Of a stretch of DNA of 64,000 nucleotides, positions 51,943 through 64,000 are shown one piece after another. Source of the DNA: Laetmonice hystrix (lineage: Eukaryota); the NCBI GenBank assembly GCA_965235115.1, contig OZ249436.1, positions 48,858,001 to 48,922,000 on the forward strand, given 5' to 3'. The position numbers were made by a program, and so were the translations under genes. Each line of letters starts with the position of its first letter. The first letter of the stretch is position 1. Under the pieces are notes generated by a model. The model was not told where the DNA came from. It did not search any database and was given only the letters and a program-made list of their open reading frames with translations.

Positions 51943-52466
51943 AGCGGGCCTCGTCTAGACGTCTATACTATACTTCTTCGTCTACTGAATCTCTCTTCAT
52001 GTGAAACGGACAAACTGTTTCCCTTTTATTTCCTCTTTCCTATAGGCATATTCTAGGCCGACGCCTATTTTTCATTTAGTTGCCTTTTCTCTCCATCTCC
52101 TTATAGATCCCCGTCATCTCTGTAGGCTATATAATATCGATTGTTGCATTTCTCAAAACCCAACAACGTGTAACAACGTGTCGTGTATTAGATGCATTTG
52201 TTGCATGTTTTCTGGAATTTTAAAGATTACCCTTGTAAAAGAGAAGTATCCAATAGACCTATGCGACTATAGGCATCTCGTGCGTATACTTTCCGGCTGT
52301 GAAGGACCCTCATCCCGTTACGTGTTTATAAATATTGGCAGGTCGGTAATATATGCCTATTGTTAACCACAAACAGTGCTGTAAATACAGGGACTATAAT
52401 TCCTACTGTCGATCGGCGATCTCCGCAAGGATCGCCCAACCCTAGCGCCGAGATAGCAGACCATGT

Positions 52467-52975
52467 GAGTGAGTGAGTGAGTGAGTGAGTGAGTAGTGGT
52501 GGTTTTCCGCCGTGTCGGCATCTGGGGCCATCTTCACGGCGAAAACAGGGTTAAAAGACCATGAAATGAAAGGAACCTATTTTATCCCGGGCCCCAACGG
52601 GAATATCATTGAAACAGATTCCATCCTGTCAGCCCAACCGGGCTATCGACGAGCCTGAACTATAAAAGAGTCAGAAGTCCAGCTTCCGACAAAAACTCTA
52701 AAATCACTCCTGGTCTGACATTGTTAAAAAGATCCTTAAGACTTGTCTCACTATAAAACCGTTGTCTCATCAGAGTAAAATCACCACACTCAAGTAAAAG
52801 ATGCTTCAGTGTCAAAGGACATTGACAGCCATGACATTCTGGAGGTGGCTCCCCCTTCAATAAAAACACATGAGTTAATCTAGAATGACCAACTCTGCAT
52901 CGAGTAAAAACAATTTCATGCCTACGTTGGGTTAGGCCGTGACGGTACCTTTGGTTCACGACGGGACTGATCTGA
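52467..52975 (-). mobile_element. 5'-truncated non-LTR retrotransposon (I-group/Nimb-like ORF2 C-terminus)
   Basis: ORF 52660-52959 has RCRVGHSRLTH..PPECHGCQCPLTLKHLLLEC, the CCHC knuckle of I-group LINE ORF2. It is followed by a 3' UTR hairpin and an (ACTC)n tail. 12-bp TSD AGCAGACCATGT at 52455-52466 and 52976-52987. Confidence 0.9.
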
Positions 52976-53448
52976 AGCAGACCATGTAGAAAATAGGTCA
53001 GGTGACAGGCATTAATTAAAAAGCTGTCTTTGAGACACGTCGCAAAACAGTCGGCGATCGGATCGCAGATCGCTGATGGTTGCGATGCGATGCTGGATGT
53101 AAAATTGAGGGTATACTAGTACCGCCCACGTTTTATAAAGCTGATTTCGGTGCGGCGTTCCAAGAATATTTCAAGAGGGGGGGGGGGTGCACATCCGTAG
53201 TTTGACCAACAGTACTGTATAGGCGAGGCGAACATGTGCGGGGGGCCTCGACGTCCCCCCCCCCCGGCAAAGTTTTGAATTTAGAAGGCCAAAAAACGCT
53301 ATTTCCCTGCCCAAAAGCACAATTAAATTTTATTTACAAAAAGTACTAAGTGTAATTTAATATTTTTGCAGCAGTTAAAACGTCCAAATGTGAACAAATC
53401 TTTCTGACTGTGTAACTATAGCAATGAGACGTCAACGTTCTCGTGCCA

Positions 53449-53519
53449 TTGGTTAGACCAACGTTGGTTAGACCAACGTTGGTTAGACCAACGTTGGTTA
53501 GACCAACGTTGGTTAGACC
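53449..53519. repeat. 15-bp tandem repeat, about 4.7 copies
   Basis: TTGGTTAGACCAACG. Confidence 0.9.
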
Positions 53520-54219
53520 GACTGGTATTCTAAATAATTATACTTCCATCCATCTCTCGTACTTTGGAATGCCCAGCCTGTTTCTTTATCCGCCCTGATA
53601 ACAATAAGCCTATAACGTGCCATGGTTTCCCCCGTCACAACCAAAAATAGAAATTGACACTATAGAATCGGGGTCACATGCATGGGGATGAATCAGGCAG
53701 TTGCGTACAGACTTGCAGTTTCGCAATCCCTTGTAAAAGTCCCCCCTCCTATATCGGTCTATAGAACTCCCCGCGGCCCGCTCCCTGAGACCGTCTGAGT
53801 CACGGCCTGAAACGCTGTGTCGGCATGGGAGAGCGCTCTCCTGTTTGTATACTGGATAGGCGGAGCGGGGCGAGGTGGTGGATCCTAGTAGAACATTCTT
53901 CAATTGTCAAAGCATCAGTTGATGTCCACGTGGTTCCAACCCTGCCACGTCACTGGTATTAATCATCGGAGCTGAGCCCGATTAAACAGGTGACCGGCTC
54001 CTGATTATTGCTGGTGAATATGTCTGTACATAAAGCCGCACTCTACATGGATTAGGGCGTCTTTTTTTGTTTGTTTATACGCCCCAGACAGTGACGAACC
54101 TACATCATGTCCCTACTTATAAAGGTCCATTCTGAGTCAGAAAGGACGCCTTTACCCAATTTCTTTTATAACGTCTAGACTGCAAAAAATCATACCACCT
54201 GTATTCTTCGCAAGAAAGT

Positions 54220-54343
54220 CACACAGGCCTACAAATTAATGTACATATTATGTACATTAATTTGTACACACAGGCCTACAAATTAATGTACATATTATGT
54301 ACATTAATTTGTACACACAGGCCTACAAATTAATGTACATATT
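54220..54343. repeat. Tandem repeat of about 47 bp built on an AT-rich palindrome
   Basis: ACACAGGCC + TACAAATTAATGTACATA-T-TATGTACATTAATTTGTA, about 2.7 copies. Confidence 0.9.
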
Positions 54344-55745
54344 ACATATTGGCAACTTAGAAAAGTATAATGTTATGTGAGATTGTTTTAACACTTTCCG
54401 GACGATAAACGATAATTATGTGTATACATCACGCAGGCATGCAGGCGCTGAGAGATGGCATTGGGAGAACCTGGGAGAGGAGCACCCGACGTTCATCACT
54501 ATGGCCAACAAAATCTGTCATGGGTAATTCAATTCGATGCCTGAGTTCTGGAAATCCCCATCCGTATTTTGCAATACTGGCTCTATACAGCTAAACCAAT
54601 GAGTCATACCAACTTGATCGATTTCTCCCTGGGCCCCCAATCCTAGCCGTGCACTCCTATACAACTACAGAAAGTGACTCAACCACAGGGAGGTGATAGA
54701 GTTCTTCAGGTGAGATGTCATCCCTTGCTATAGGCCGAGGGGGGGGGGGGGTGAGAGAATGAACTGAGAACCTGAGCATGGTATAACTTGTCGGTATCAG
54801 CTTTTTTTTTATTGCGTCCATCAAAAAATAGTTTCGAGAAACGTCTCCATAATTATATACTGCGTGGTAAGACTATATAATTATACGGTGTCCATGAATG
54901 AACAGTCATCTCAGCCTGACATTTCGGGCCCACAAAAAATGTTTTTAAAACAGCACAATCTAATACTACCCTCAGGCTCTGACTTATAGGGGGGCGATAT
55001 GAACTCCCGACTTCCTATAGGAAGTCAGGGGTATACAAGTACACAAGTAGACAAGTATACTTGTCATTAATAAATCTCTTCACCTTATTCTTCCTTCTTT
55101 TTAAAGTTATTCTCTGCACCGATAATCACGAAATTCATATGATTTATTAGCTATTCATGCATCCAATTTTTGAAATATTACTTTGAAATGAGCAAACATA
55201 GGTTTGAAATGGAGTCAAACTAATTGGCTAGAATCTCTAACCACACGGGACTGGGAGAAAGTCCCCCCACCCCCACCCCACACACACATCCTTGCCGCCA
55301 ACATGTCCTCAGACCGCTCAAATGACACCGACGAGACACGAACCGTTTGTGATCTTTCGATCTGGATCAGTGAGTGAGGTCAACAGTCGATTGAAGCACT
55401 GTCGTAACGGTTACACAACCACGCATCGAAACGGCCGACACAATCACGTTTTATTTATAAATAACTTACGTTTCCCCCCTTTTTCTCACATTTGTATATT
55501 GCTCAAGACAGCATTGTCGCGTTTGAATCATAACTGACGGTTATATAAAAACATGTTACTCTTAGTCATTCGAAATATAGGGAAGAAGGAGACGGACATT
55601 TATTTTTGTTCCCGGGAAGCGTGCGTGTAGCGTATGATAACGACACACAAACCTAAACAACGGACGACCCAATATGGAGGCAACATGTTCACAAATTTGG
55701 CGGTTAGGGATCGAGAGCCTATAGAGAACTTTGGTTACCGGGGCC

Positions 55746-56070
55746 GACGTTTGCTGAATGTCCAGTTGTCTCAGACCCCAGTGACCGAGTCGACGTTTGC
55801 TGAATGTCGAGTTGTCTCAGACCCCTGTGACCGAGTCGACGTTTGCTGAATGTCGAGTCGTCTCAGACCCCGGTGACCGAGTCGATGTTTGCTGAATGTC
55901 GAGTTGTCTCAGACCCCTGTGACCGAGTCGACGTTTGCTGAATGTCGAGTCGTCTCAGACCCCTGTGACCGAGTCGACGTTTGCTGAATGTCGAGTCGTC
56001 TCATACCCCTGTGACCGAGTCGATGTTTGCTGAATGTTGAGTCGTCTCAGACCCCTGTGACCGAGTCGAT
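55746..56070. repeat. 46-47-bp tandem repeat, about 7 copies
   Basis: GACGTTTGCTGAATGTCGAGT(T/C)GTCTCAGACCCCTGTGACCGAGTC. Confidence 0.93.
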
Positions 56071-57616
56071 TGACTGACAGTCTGATTGACTGACCCCCCT
56101 CTGAAACTTTATTAAAATGTCATATTTTGACGCCATACTAATCCTAGCACTGTGATGCAATCTACAAACACATCATTTATGCCAACATTTAGCGACATTG
56201 TTATATCTTAATTAAAATGTTTCTTAGGTCATTTGCCATGATTGCGACCTTATTATGTTTTTATTGCTTTGTTTGAAATGATCAGAAATCGTAGCCTAAA
56301 TGACGACATGAAAGGAGATATTTTGTTTTTCCCAATATAGGTTTAGCTTTTTGGACCTATATTTAAGATATAACAGAGTTAAAAATGTTATGATAATGCA
56401 AAAATATAAGAGAATAACGATATTATAAACTATTATAACAATAAATACCTGTATATCCCGGGCATTTATATCAGAGGGCACATACATTACATGTAGGTCT
56501 ATATACCACACAATGATGGGCACAGTCACGCTCAGCGAATAAGGTGCGGCCAGGCCATCACCCGCCAAGTAGGCTGTCTAGCTGCAAGTTGTGCCAAAAC
56601 CGTAGGTCAATGCAAATCTGGCAAAGGCAGTGTAGAAAATCAATGTAATATACCTCCAAACAGACATGTTTACAGAGCCTAAATTGTTTTTTTAACACAA
56701 AGTGATGTTTCACGCCAATATAGAACATTGCAGGTGCAGGGTGCAATATAGGGGTTATACCCCCCCCCCCCCGCCTCCCCGCAGCCGCACTGCCTGCATA
56801 CTGCAATATAAACTTATTCATATTAACATTTCAATCTCTAAGTACACATAGAATCGGACTTTCGATCAGTGCCGTCCAGAGGTACTCTGGAAACCGTTAC
56901 GCTGCACAATGTCATTGCGTCAACACGCGCCCGCAATGACCCCGTTTTGAAAATCTCGCGCGTCCAAACAGCCCCAGATTACCCCGCCCCCACACCCCCA
57001 CCCTGTCACATTCTGTCACAGCCTGCTGGTCGGCCGACCGTTGGCTAACCGTCGCTTCCTAGATCACCTACAGAAACATTATGAATGGCGGTCGTATCTT
57101 CGTTTTTTATGGATACCACCAACGCCGGAATTTTACCAGACAGTCGCGTTCTGCCAACGACTTTGTACTTTTTTTTAGATACTTGGTGGTTTGCAGGGTT
57201 TGTCGGCATGGGAGTTTGGCAGTGTTCGTAGACATAGATTAAATTATTGATAGAGCTAGGATATTTAATATGACGTGGAGAACAGAGTCGATATCGGCGG
57301 GAAACTGTTGGAATCACGGGTAACTCTAGATCTGTGGGAGCAGCCTTACATCCCGCTGTAGAAACACAAAAAATCAAACAAATGCACGTGTCACTGTGTG
57401 CATGCACGTCCCGTCTGAAGGCAGGATGGGAGATGTTCAAACTGGTTCTTAGTGAATCATCAACCAGAAATTCCCAACCCCATACGGTAATCTAGAAAAT
57501 ATGAGTCTCAGATGTACGACATCTAGACCATCTTTCACACGCCTGGTTTAGACCAGCGGAAACCGTTGAAGGTTTTACCAGCGACCTCCTGGAAGGTCGG
57601 CCTAATGTCTCCTAAT

Positions 57617-60177
57617 GTCTATGTCTCGGTCCCTCATCGTGCAATGTCTTATCTATGTCTCGGTCCCTCATCGTGCAATGTCTTATCTATATCTCTGTCC
57701 CTCATCGTGCAATGTCTTATCTATGTCTATGTCCCTCATCGTGCAATGTCTTTTCTATGTCTCCGTCCCTCATCGTGCAATGTCTTATCTATGTCTCGGT
57801 CCCTCATCGTGCAATGTCATCGTGCAATGTCTTATCTATGTCTCGGTCCCTCATCGTGCAATGTCTTATCTATGTCCCGGTCCCTCATCGTGCAATGTCT
57901 TATCTATGTCTCCGTCCCTTATCATGCAATGTCTTATCTATGTCTCGGTCCCTCATCGTGCAATGTCTTATCTATATCTCCGTCCCTCATCGTGCAATGT
58001 CTTATCTATGTCTCTGTCCCTCATCGTGCAATGTCTTATCTATATCTCCGTCCCTTATCGTGCAATGTCTTATCTATGTCTCGGTCCCTCATCGTGCAAT
58101 GTCTTATCTATATCTCCGTCCCTCATCGTGCAATGTCTTATCTATGTCCCGGTCCCTCATCGTGCAATGTCTTATCTATATCTCCGTCCCTCATCGTGCA
58201 ATGTCTTATCTATGTCCCGGTCCCTCATCGTGCAATGTCTTATCTATATCTCCGTCCCTCATCGTGCAATGTCTTATCTATGTCCCGGTCCCTCATCGTG
58301 CAATGTCTTATCTATGTCCCGGTCCCTCATCGTGCAATGTCTTATCTATGTCTCCGTCCCTCATCGTGCAATGTCTTATCTATGTCTCGGTCCCTCATCG
58401 TGCAATGTCTTATCTATGTCTCGGTCCCTCATCGTGCAATGTCTTATCTATGTCTCCGTCCCTCATCGTGCAATGTCTTATCTATGTCTCTGTCCCTCAT
58501 CGTGCAAGGTCTTATCTATGTCTCGGTCCCTCATCGTGCAATGTCTTATCTATGTCTCGGTCCCTCATCGTGCAATGTCTTATCTATGTCTCTGTCCCTC
58601 ATCGTGCAATGTCTTATCTATGTCTCTGTCCCTCATCGTGCAATGTCTTATCTATGTCTCGGTCCCTCATCGTGCAATGTCTTATCTATGTCTCGGTCCC
58701 TCATCGTGCAATGTCTTATCTATGTCCCGGTCCCTCATCGTGCAATGTCTTATCTATATCTCCGTCCCTCATCGTGCAATGTCTTATCTATGTCCCGGTC
58801 CCTCATCGTGCAATGTCTTATCTATGTCCCGGTCCCTCATCGTGCAATGTCTTATCTATGTCTCCGTCCCTCATCGTGCAATGTCTTATCTATGTCTCGG
58901 TCCCTCATCGTGCAATGTCTTATCTATGTCTCCGTCCCTCATCGTGCAATGTCTTATCTATATCTCCGTCCCTCATCGTGCAATGTCTTATCTATGTCTC
59001 TGTCCCTCATCGTGCAAGGTCTTATCTATGTCTCGGTCCCTCATCGTGCAATGTCTTATCTATGTCTCGGTCCCTCATCGTGCAATGTCTTATCTATATC
59101 TCTGTCCCTCATCGTGCAATGTCTTATCTATGTCTCTGTCCCTCATCGTGCAATGTCTTATCTATGTCTCCGTCCCTCATCGTGCAATGTCTTATCTATG
59201 TCTCGGTCCCTCATCGTGCAATGTCTTATCTATGTCTCGGTCCCTCATCGTGCAATGTCTTATCTATGTCTCTGTCCCTCATCGTGCAATGTCTTATCTA
59301 TGTCTCCGTCCCTCATCGTGCAATGTCTTATCTATGTCTCGGTCCCTCATCGTGCAATGTCTTATCTATGTCTCGGTCCCTCATCGTGCAATGTCTTATC
59401 TATATCTCTGTCCCTCATCGTGCAATGTCTTATCTATGTCTCTGTCCCTCATCGTGCAATGTCTTATCTATGTCTCCGTCCCTCATCGTGCAATGTCTTA
59501 TCTATGTCTCGGTCCCTCATCGTGCAATGTCTTATCTATGTCTCGGTCCCTCATCGTGCAATGTCTTATCTATGTCTCGGTCCCTCATCGTGCAATGTCT
59601 TATCTATGTCTCTGTCCCTCATCGTGCAATGTCTTATCTATGTCTCCGTCCCTCATCGTGCAATGTCTTATCTATATCTCCGTCCCTCATCGTGCAATGT
59701 CTTATCTATGTCCCGGTCCCTCATCGTGCAATGTCTTATCTATGTCTCCGTCCCTCATCGTGCAATGTCTTATCTATGTCTCGGTCCCTCATCGTGCAAT
59801 GTCTTATCTATGTCCCGGTCCCTCATCGTGCAATGTCTTATCTATGTCTCGGTCCCTCATCGTGCAATGTCTTATCTATGTCTCGGTCCCTCATCGTGCA
59901 ATGTCTTATCTATATCTCCGTCCCTCATCGTGCAATGTCTTATCTATGTCTCCGTCCCTCATCGTGCAATGTCTTATCTATGTCTCCGTCCCTCATCGTG
60001 CAATGTCTTATCTATGTCTCGGTCCCTCATCGTGCAATGTCTTATCTATGTCTCCGTCCCTCATCGTGCAATGTCTTATCTATGTCTCCGTCCCTCATCG
60101 TGCAATGTCTTATCTATGTCTCCGTCCCTCATCGTGCAATGTCTTATCTATATCTCCGTCCCTCATCGTGCAATGTT
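57617..60177. repeat. 34-bp minisatellite, about 75 copies
   Basis: TATGTCTCGGTCCCTCATCGTGCAATGTCTTATC, stop-free in all three plus frames. Confidence 0.97.
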
Positions 60178-61713
60178 TTATACGAGGACGGTGAGTTGTT
60201 CTGTCCATGCTCACGCGCTCTAACTTCCAGAACCCCCTCGTGAGGCCGGCTGTAGGTCTACATAAGTTGTTTTTTTACACGTTGGTGCCGATACACCACT
60301 CAGACCGCCTGCGTGTGACAATACAAACGGGGGTTTCCATCTGCCACGTAACACTTAACCTGCCATGAATCCGGCGGGCCAACTGGACAGGTTTTAAATT
60401 CCTTTCCTTGACTTTTTTTTTAGTTCGTCTTGCCGTTGAGGCCATTAGCTTGCGGAACTCAGGCTCTGATAAATCATCCAGTATAAAGACAATATTGTTA
60501 AAACTCGAGTACCGCCCCAGTGTACTATACCTGTCAATAGTAGGACTTTCTTAAGGCATGCAGTACGAGACGTTTAAGTTTTAAGGTTTAGGCCGACTGA
60601 TTATGATAGTAAGCATGCAGTTCCTTGGAAATTAAGTCGTTTTATATGACATGCAGTTTCCAAGCAGGCCTAGCAGGATTAGCAAAAACTATGTATAAAA
60701 TGCCTTTATGTTTGTCATTATGAGCATGACCAAGCCACCAGCGGTTGCATGGAAACAGTATAATGATTTCTTTCAGAGAAAGGATGTTGTATCACTCACA
60801 CAACTCTTCTTCCTTCGAAAGAACCCCAACAAAATACTGCTGACATGGAATGACACTCTGAACTCACGGTAAATAGGTAAATACAATGTAGCTTGAACAA
60901 AATCTGTGCAAAACAAGGAAGCTGTATGGTGGAATATATTAGATGGCTAGATCATGATTCAGCTAGAAGTTTTAACACAATAATATTGAGTGAGTAAAAG
61001 TTTTAGAAGTTTTAACACAATAAAATTAAGTGAGATAATTGAGTAAAGGAAGTGAAGCAACCTAAACTTATAGCAAAGTCCATACAAGCAAAATATATAG
61101 ATCTTTATCTTTAAGATCGGAATGGTAAACAGGTTTGACATAAAAATTAATTGTGTCACTACTCTCACGACGCCGCTAACAATACACGACGTGCTATTCT
61201 TGGCTACAACTGAGAAGTTACAGGCAACCCCTGTTTCTGTTGAAAGGCGTTTTTTCTGACGTATTCACGTCAGTGTCTCCGTGACAGTTGAACATGACAC
61301 CGTTACGAAGTTGGAGTCAATATGGGTCTACTTTTTGTGAGCCGGTGGTGGGGTAATTGGCTGGGGGGGGGGGGTAGGGGGGTGAGGGTGGGGGTGGGGG
61401 GGGGGGTACGTGGGAATGCGTCACTAACCATCCAGTCAACACACACCGTGATGATTGAGGGTTGGGAAAAGCTGTAGGTTTACTAAAACCTATTCGAGGC
61501 CCGAAATACCTCATTATTAACACTTACTTTATCGGATCAAACAGGTAAATTAACGCTCTGATTCTTTCACACCGAGTCCGTATAGTTGAATGTTTTATTA
61601 ATCATGTAGGGGCCTCATCTCATTCATTTAAACATATCAAATTAAACATAGAATGGACCTATAGGCCTAGCTTGTCTTAGTGGGCCTAGTCTTTCTGTTA
61701 CTGCTGCTGCTGC

Positions 61714-61716
<3 letters not shown>

Positions 61717-61803
<87 letters not shown>
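61717..61803. repeat. (CT)n microsatellite
   Basis: Direct reading. Confidence 0.97.
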
Positions 61804-62897
61804 AAAGCCATCATCTCCCGTTCCTGTGGATACAGAGATATCCCGTCACATGTGTGCCGAAAAATAAAATATTAAAAAAGTTACTTTATCCATGCATGTA
61901 CTTTTCTTTATAATGTACAGTACTTACAGTACTAAAGGTTACAACCCCCCCCCCCCCCGACATATACCGATACATCATGTCAGATAGTTGACATTGGGCG
62001 GGGGTATGTGTCACGCCGTGTGTTCACAAGGACGGCTCCCTTTACCCCGATTATTACACCCCAAACACCTGGCCTGAATATACACATGGGTATATCGATT
62101 TACGAGCTGTGTGCCGCCCGCCGTACGGACTGTTGGGCGGTCCGGGGTTGAGGGGAGGTGACCACCCGTGTCCACGTGTCGTCTTGTCGTGCCCCCCCCC
62201 CCCCAAACTGCCAACCCCGTGCGCATGTCATTAATGTTCATACAAGTAAAAAAAAAATAAAAAATGAACAAACAATTTGGTCATGGTCACTAAATCCAAA
62301 TTTAAACACGGTGAATCGAATTAAGCTACTAGTATTTGGACGATATGAATTTGCAACGTCTATCAACTTTAACCGTTTAGGAAACTTGATGGTAGAATAT
62401 TATTCAGTTCAAATGTGTAATTTTTTAACCATGCCGTATTTATTCACTTACAATGAGTTTGAATTTTTGCAATCTGCTTGTGCCCATCACAACTCTGTAA
62501 TATTAATCTTTCTAATTTTAAACTTTAACGGCATTCAGAATATATCCTCCATAGCACCATGGGGAATTAGGCACTCCTCCGCCCCGAGTGTAAGAAATTG
62601 TTTAATTAGGACACACCATTTATCAATGTTTGAGATGGCAGGAATTAGTAGCAGCATTGTCTGCTGAAATTTGACGGAGCATCTTTAGTGTATATGAAAA
62701 GAAAATAGGTTTAGTGTGAGATTGCGGGAGGTCCTCCATAGATGGAGAGATTACATTCAGGTTCAGGCCGGTGGAACTGAGATCTCCATGCAGATGCCGG
62801 GAAATAGCAACCTTACAAAATAAAATAAAAATGCGGGGGGCGGGGGCACTGGACCCCCCCCCCCCGACATGAACGCCTCGCAGTCCGGCGCTGGCGG

Positions 62898-63057
62898 CCT
62901 TCCATGGAACCCTTCCATGGAACCCTTCCATGGAACCCTTCCGTGGAGCCCTTCCGTGGAGCCCTTCCATGGAAACCGTCCGTGGAAACCTTCCATGGAA
63001 ACCTTTCATGGAACCCTTCCATGGAAACATTCCATGGAAACATTCCATGGAAACCTT
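62898..63057. repeat. 13-14-bp repeat of palindrome TTCCATGGAA
   Basis: CCTTCCATGGAAC and variants, about 12 copies. Confidence 0.9.
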
Positions 63058-63334
63058 CAATAGAAATCCTGAGGTTTGTATCAATCACTACTTCCAAATA
63101 AAAAGTCCGGTGGCCTCTCCGTTTACGGACTGCTGCACAGCGACACGCGGCATGCGCCCTTCAAAGACAGGGGTGGGTGTGGAGGGTGGAAGCTGGGAGG
63201 GGGAGGGGACGTAGGGGCAGGGAGGGCAGGGGGGCGGGGCAGGGGGGAGCGATGACCGGACCAAACAGACCATGATGGCGGGCGCGCGACGCAAACCGCC
63301 ACTCTGAGAACCAGGGCAGGTGCGCCCACCTCCA

Positions 63335-63407
63335 CCCCACCCCCAAACCCCCACCCCCGAACCCCCACCCCGAACCCCCACCCCGAACCCCCACCCCCGA
63401 ACCCCCA
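63335..63407. repeat. C-rich (ACCCCC/CGAACCCCC) repeat, G-quadruplex-prone on minus strand
   Basis: Direct reading. Confidence 0.75.
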
Positions 63408-64000
63408 CGCGACAGCTGTCATACCCGCCAATTATCTTTGTCATCACGAGGCAGAGAGCCCGCCAAAAGTACCTCTCTACACTTTACCAGTTGAAACACC
63501 TTGAACAACATTTAGGGTCGCATCTGGTGTATTTAGTGGTAGAGGCCATTATCGACTTGGAGGTCGGTGGTTTCTGCACCCTCATTACCACATTATTACA
63601 ATACGAGGGTTTGGTTAAAAAGGCGCCTGGAGCCAAGACACTTTAATGGGGAATATTACTGTACATTAAAATTAATTGTCTATGCGTCCTGGAAATATAA
63701 CTTATAACTGTACAGTTGAGGTTTTGTTCTTAGAGTTGCAAGAAAATAAAGTGCTTTCAGGCATGACTTGATGTATGGCTGCCTATATAGATAATAGTGT
63801 TCTAATTTTGAATATTATGTGGCAGAATTGACACATGCCCGCTTCCCTCCACCCCAACCCACCCCACCCCACCCCACCACACCACACCATACCCCACCCT
63901 GGGCCCAGACGTGGACGCCATACCAGCAAAGATGGGTGGACCACTTATACGTTTAATAGTGGCAATTAGATCGCCATGCAATATGCTATTCGAGAGATTT

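Noticed and set aside
57617..60177. Hammerhead-like motif on the minus strand (ACGATGAGGGACCGAGAC)
   Set aside because: Core differs from CUGANGA and GAAA at conserved positions and no stems I/III are evident. The 22-bp array (CTGATGT) also fails.
57566..60243. Three overlapping ORFs of about 860-885 aa
   Set aside because: Artefact of a stop-free 34-bp minisatellite; all frames give the same peptide.
60309..60320. CTGCGTGTGACA resembling part of miR-210
   Set aside because: Partial match only, with no precursor hairpin.

Overview
Animal (probably marine invertebrate bilaterian) genomic DNA: GT-AG introns, poly-G/C runs, many MITEs and minisatellites. Three spliced protein-coding genes can be rebuilt by hand, all on the minus strand. 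(1) CFAP52/WDR16: 12 exons, 11577->2517, 627 aa, with an RFX X-box upstream. (2) An unrecognised two-exon gene, 17788->13711, about 1073 aa, with a signal peptide, many dibasic/furin sites, a Thr/Pro mucin-like stalk and a GPI-like tail. (3) A Polycomb/CBX chromobox gene: 5 exons, 42347->38690, 401 aa, with chromodomain, AT-hook-like motif and Pc box. The rest is non-coding: four kb-scale minisatellite arrays, many small tandem repeats, several TIR-bearing MITEs and a 5'-truncated I-group LINE with a 12-bp TSD. The most unusual structure is the last CFAP52 splice acceptor. It is amplified in a 71-bp tandem repeat whose outermost CAG is the exact insertion site of a Harbinger-like MITE. The orphan proprotein, clustered CTCF-like motifs and strong TAGGCCTA enrichment also merit follow-up. 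All calls are by eye; no searches were run.
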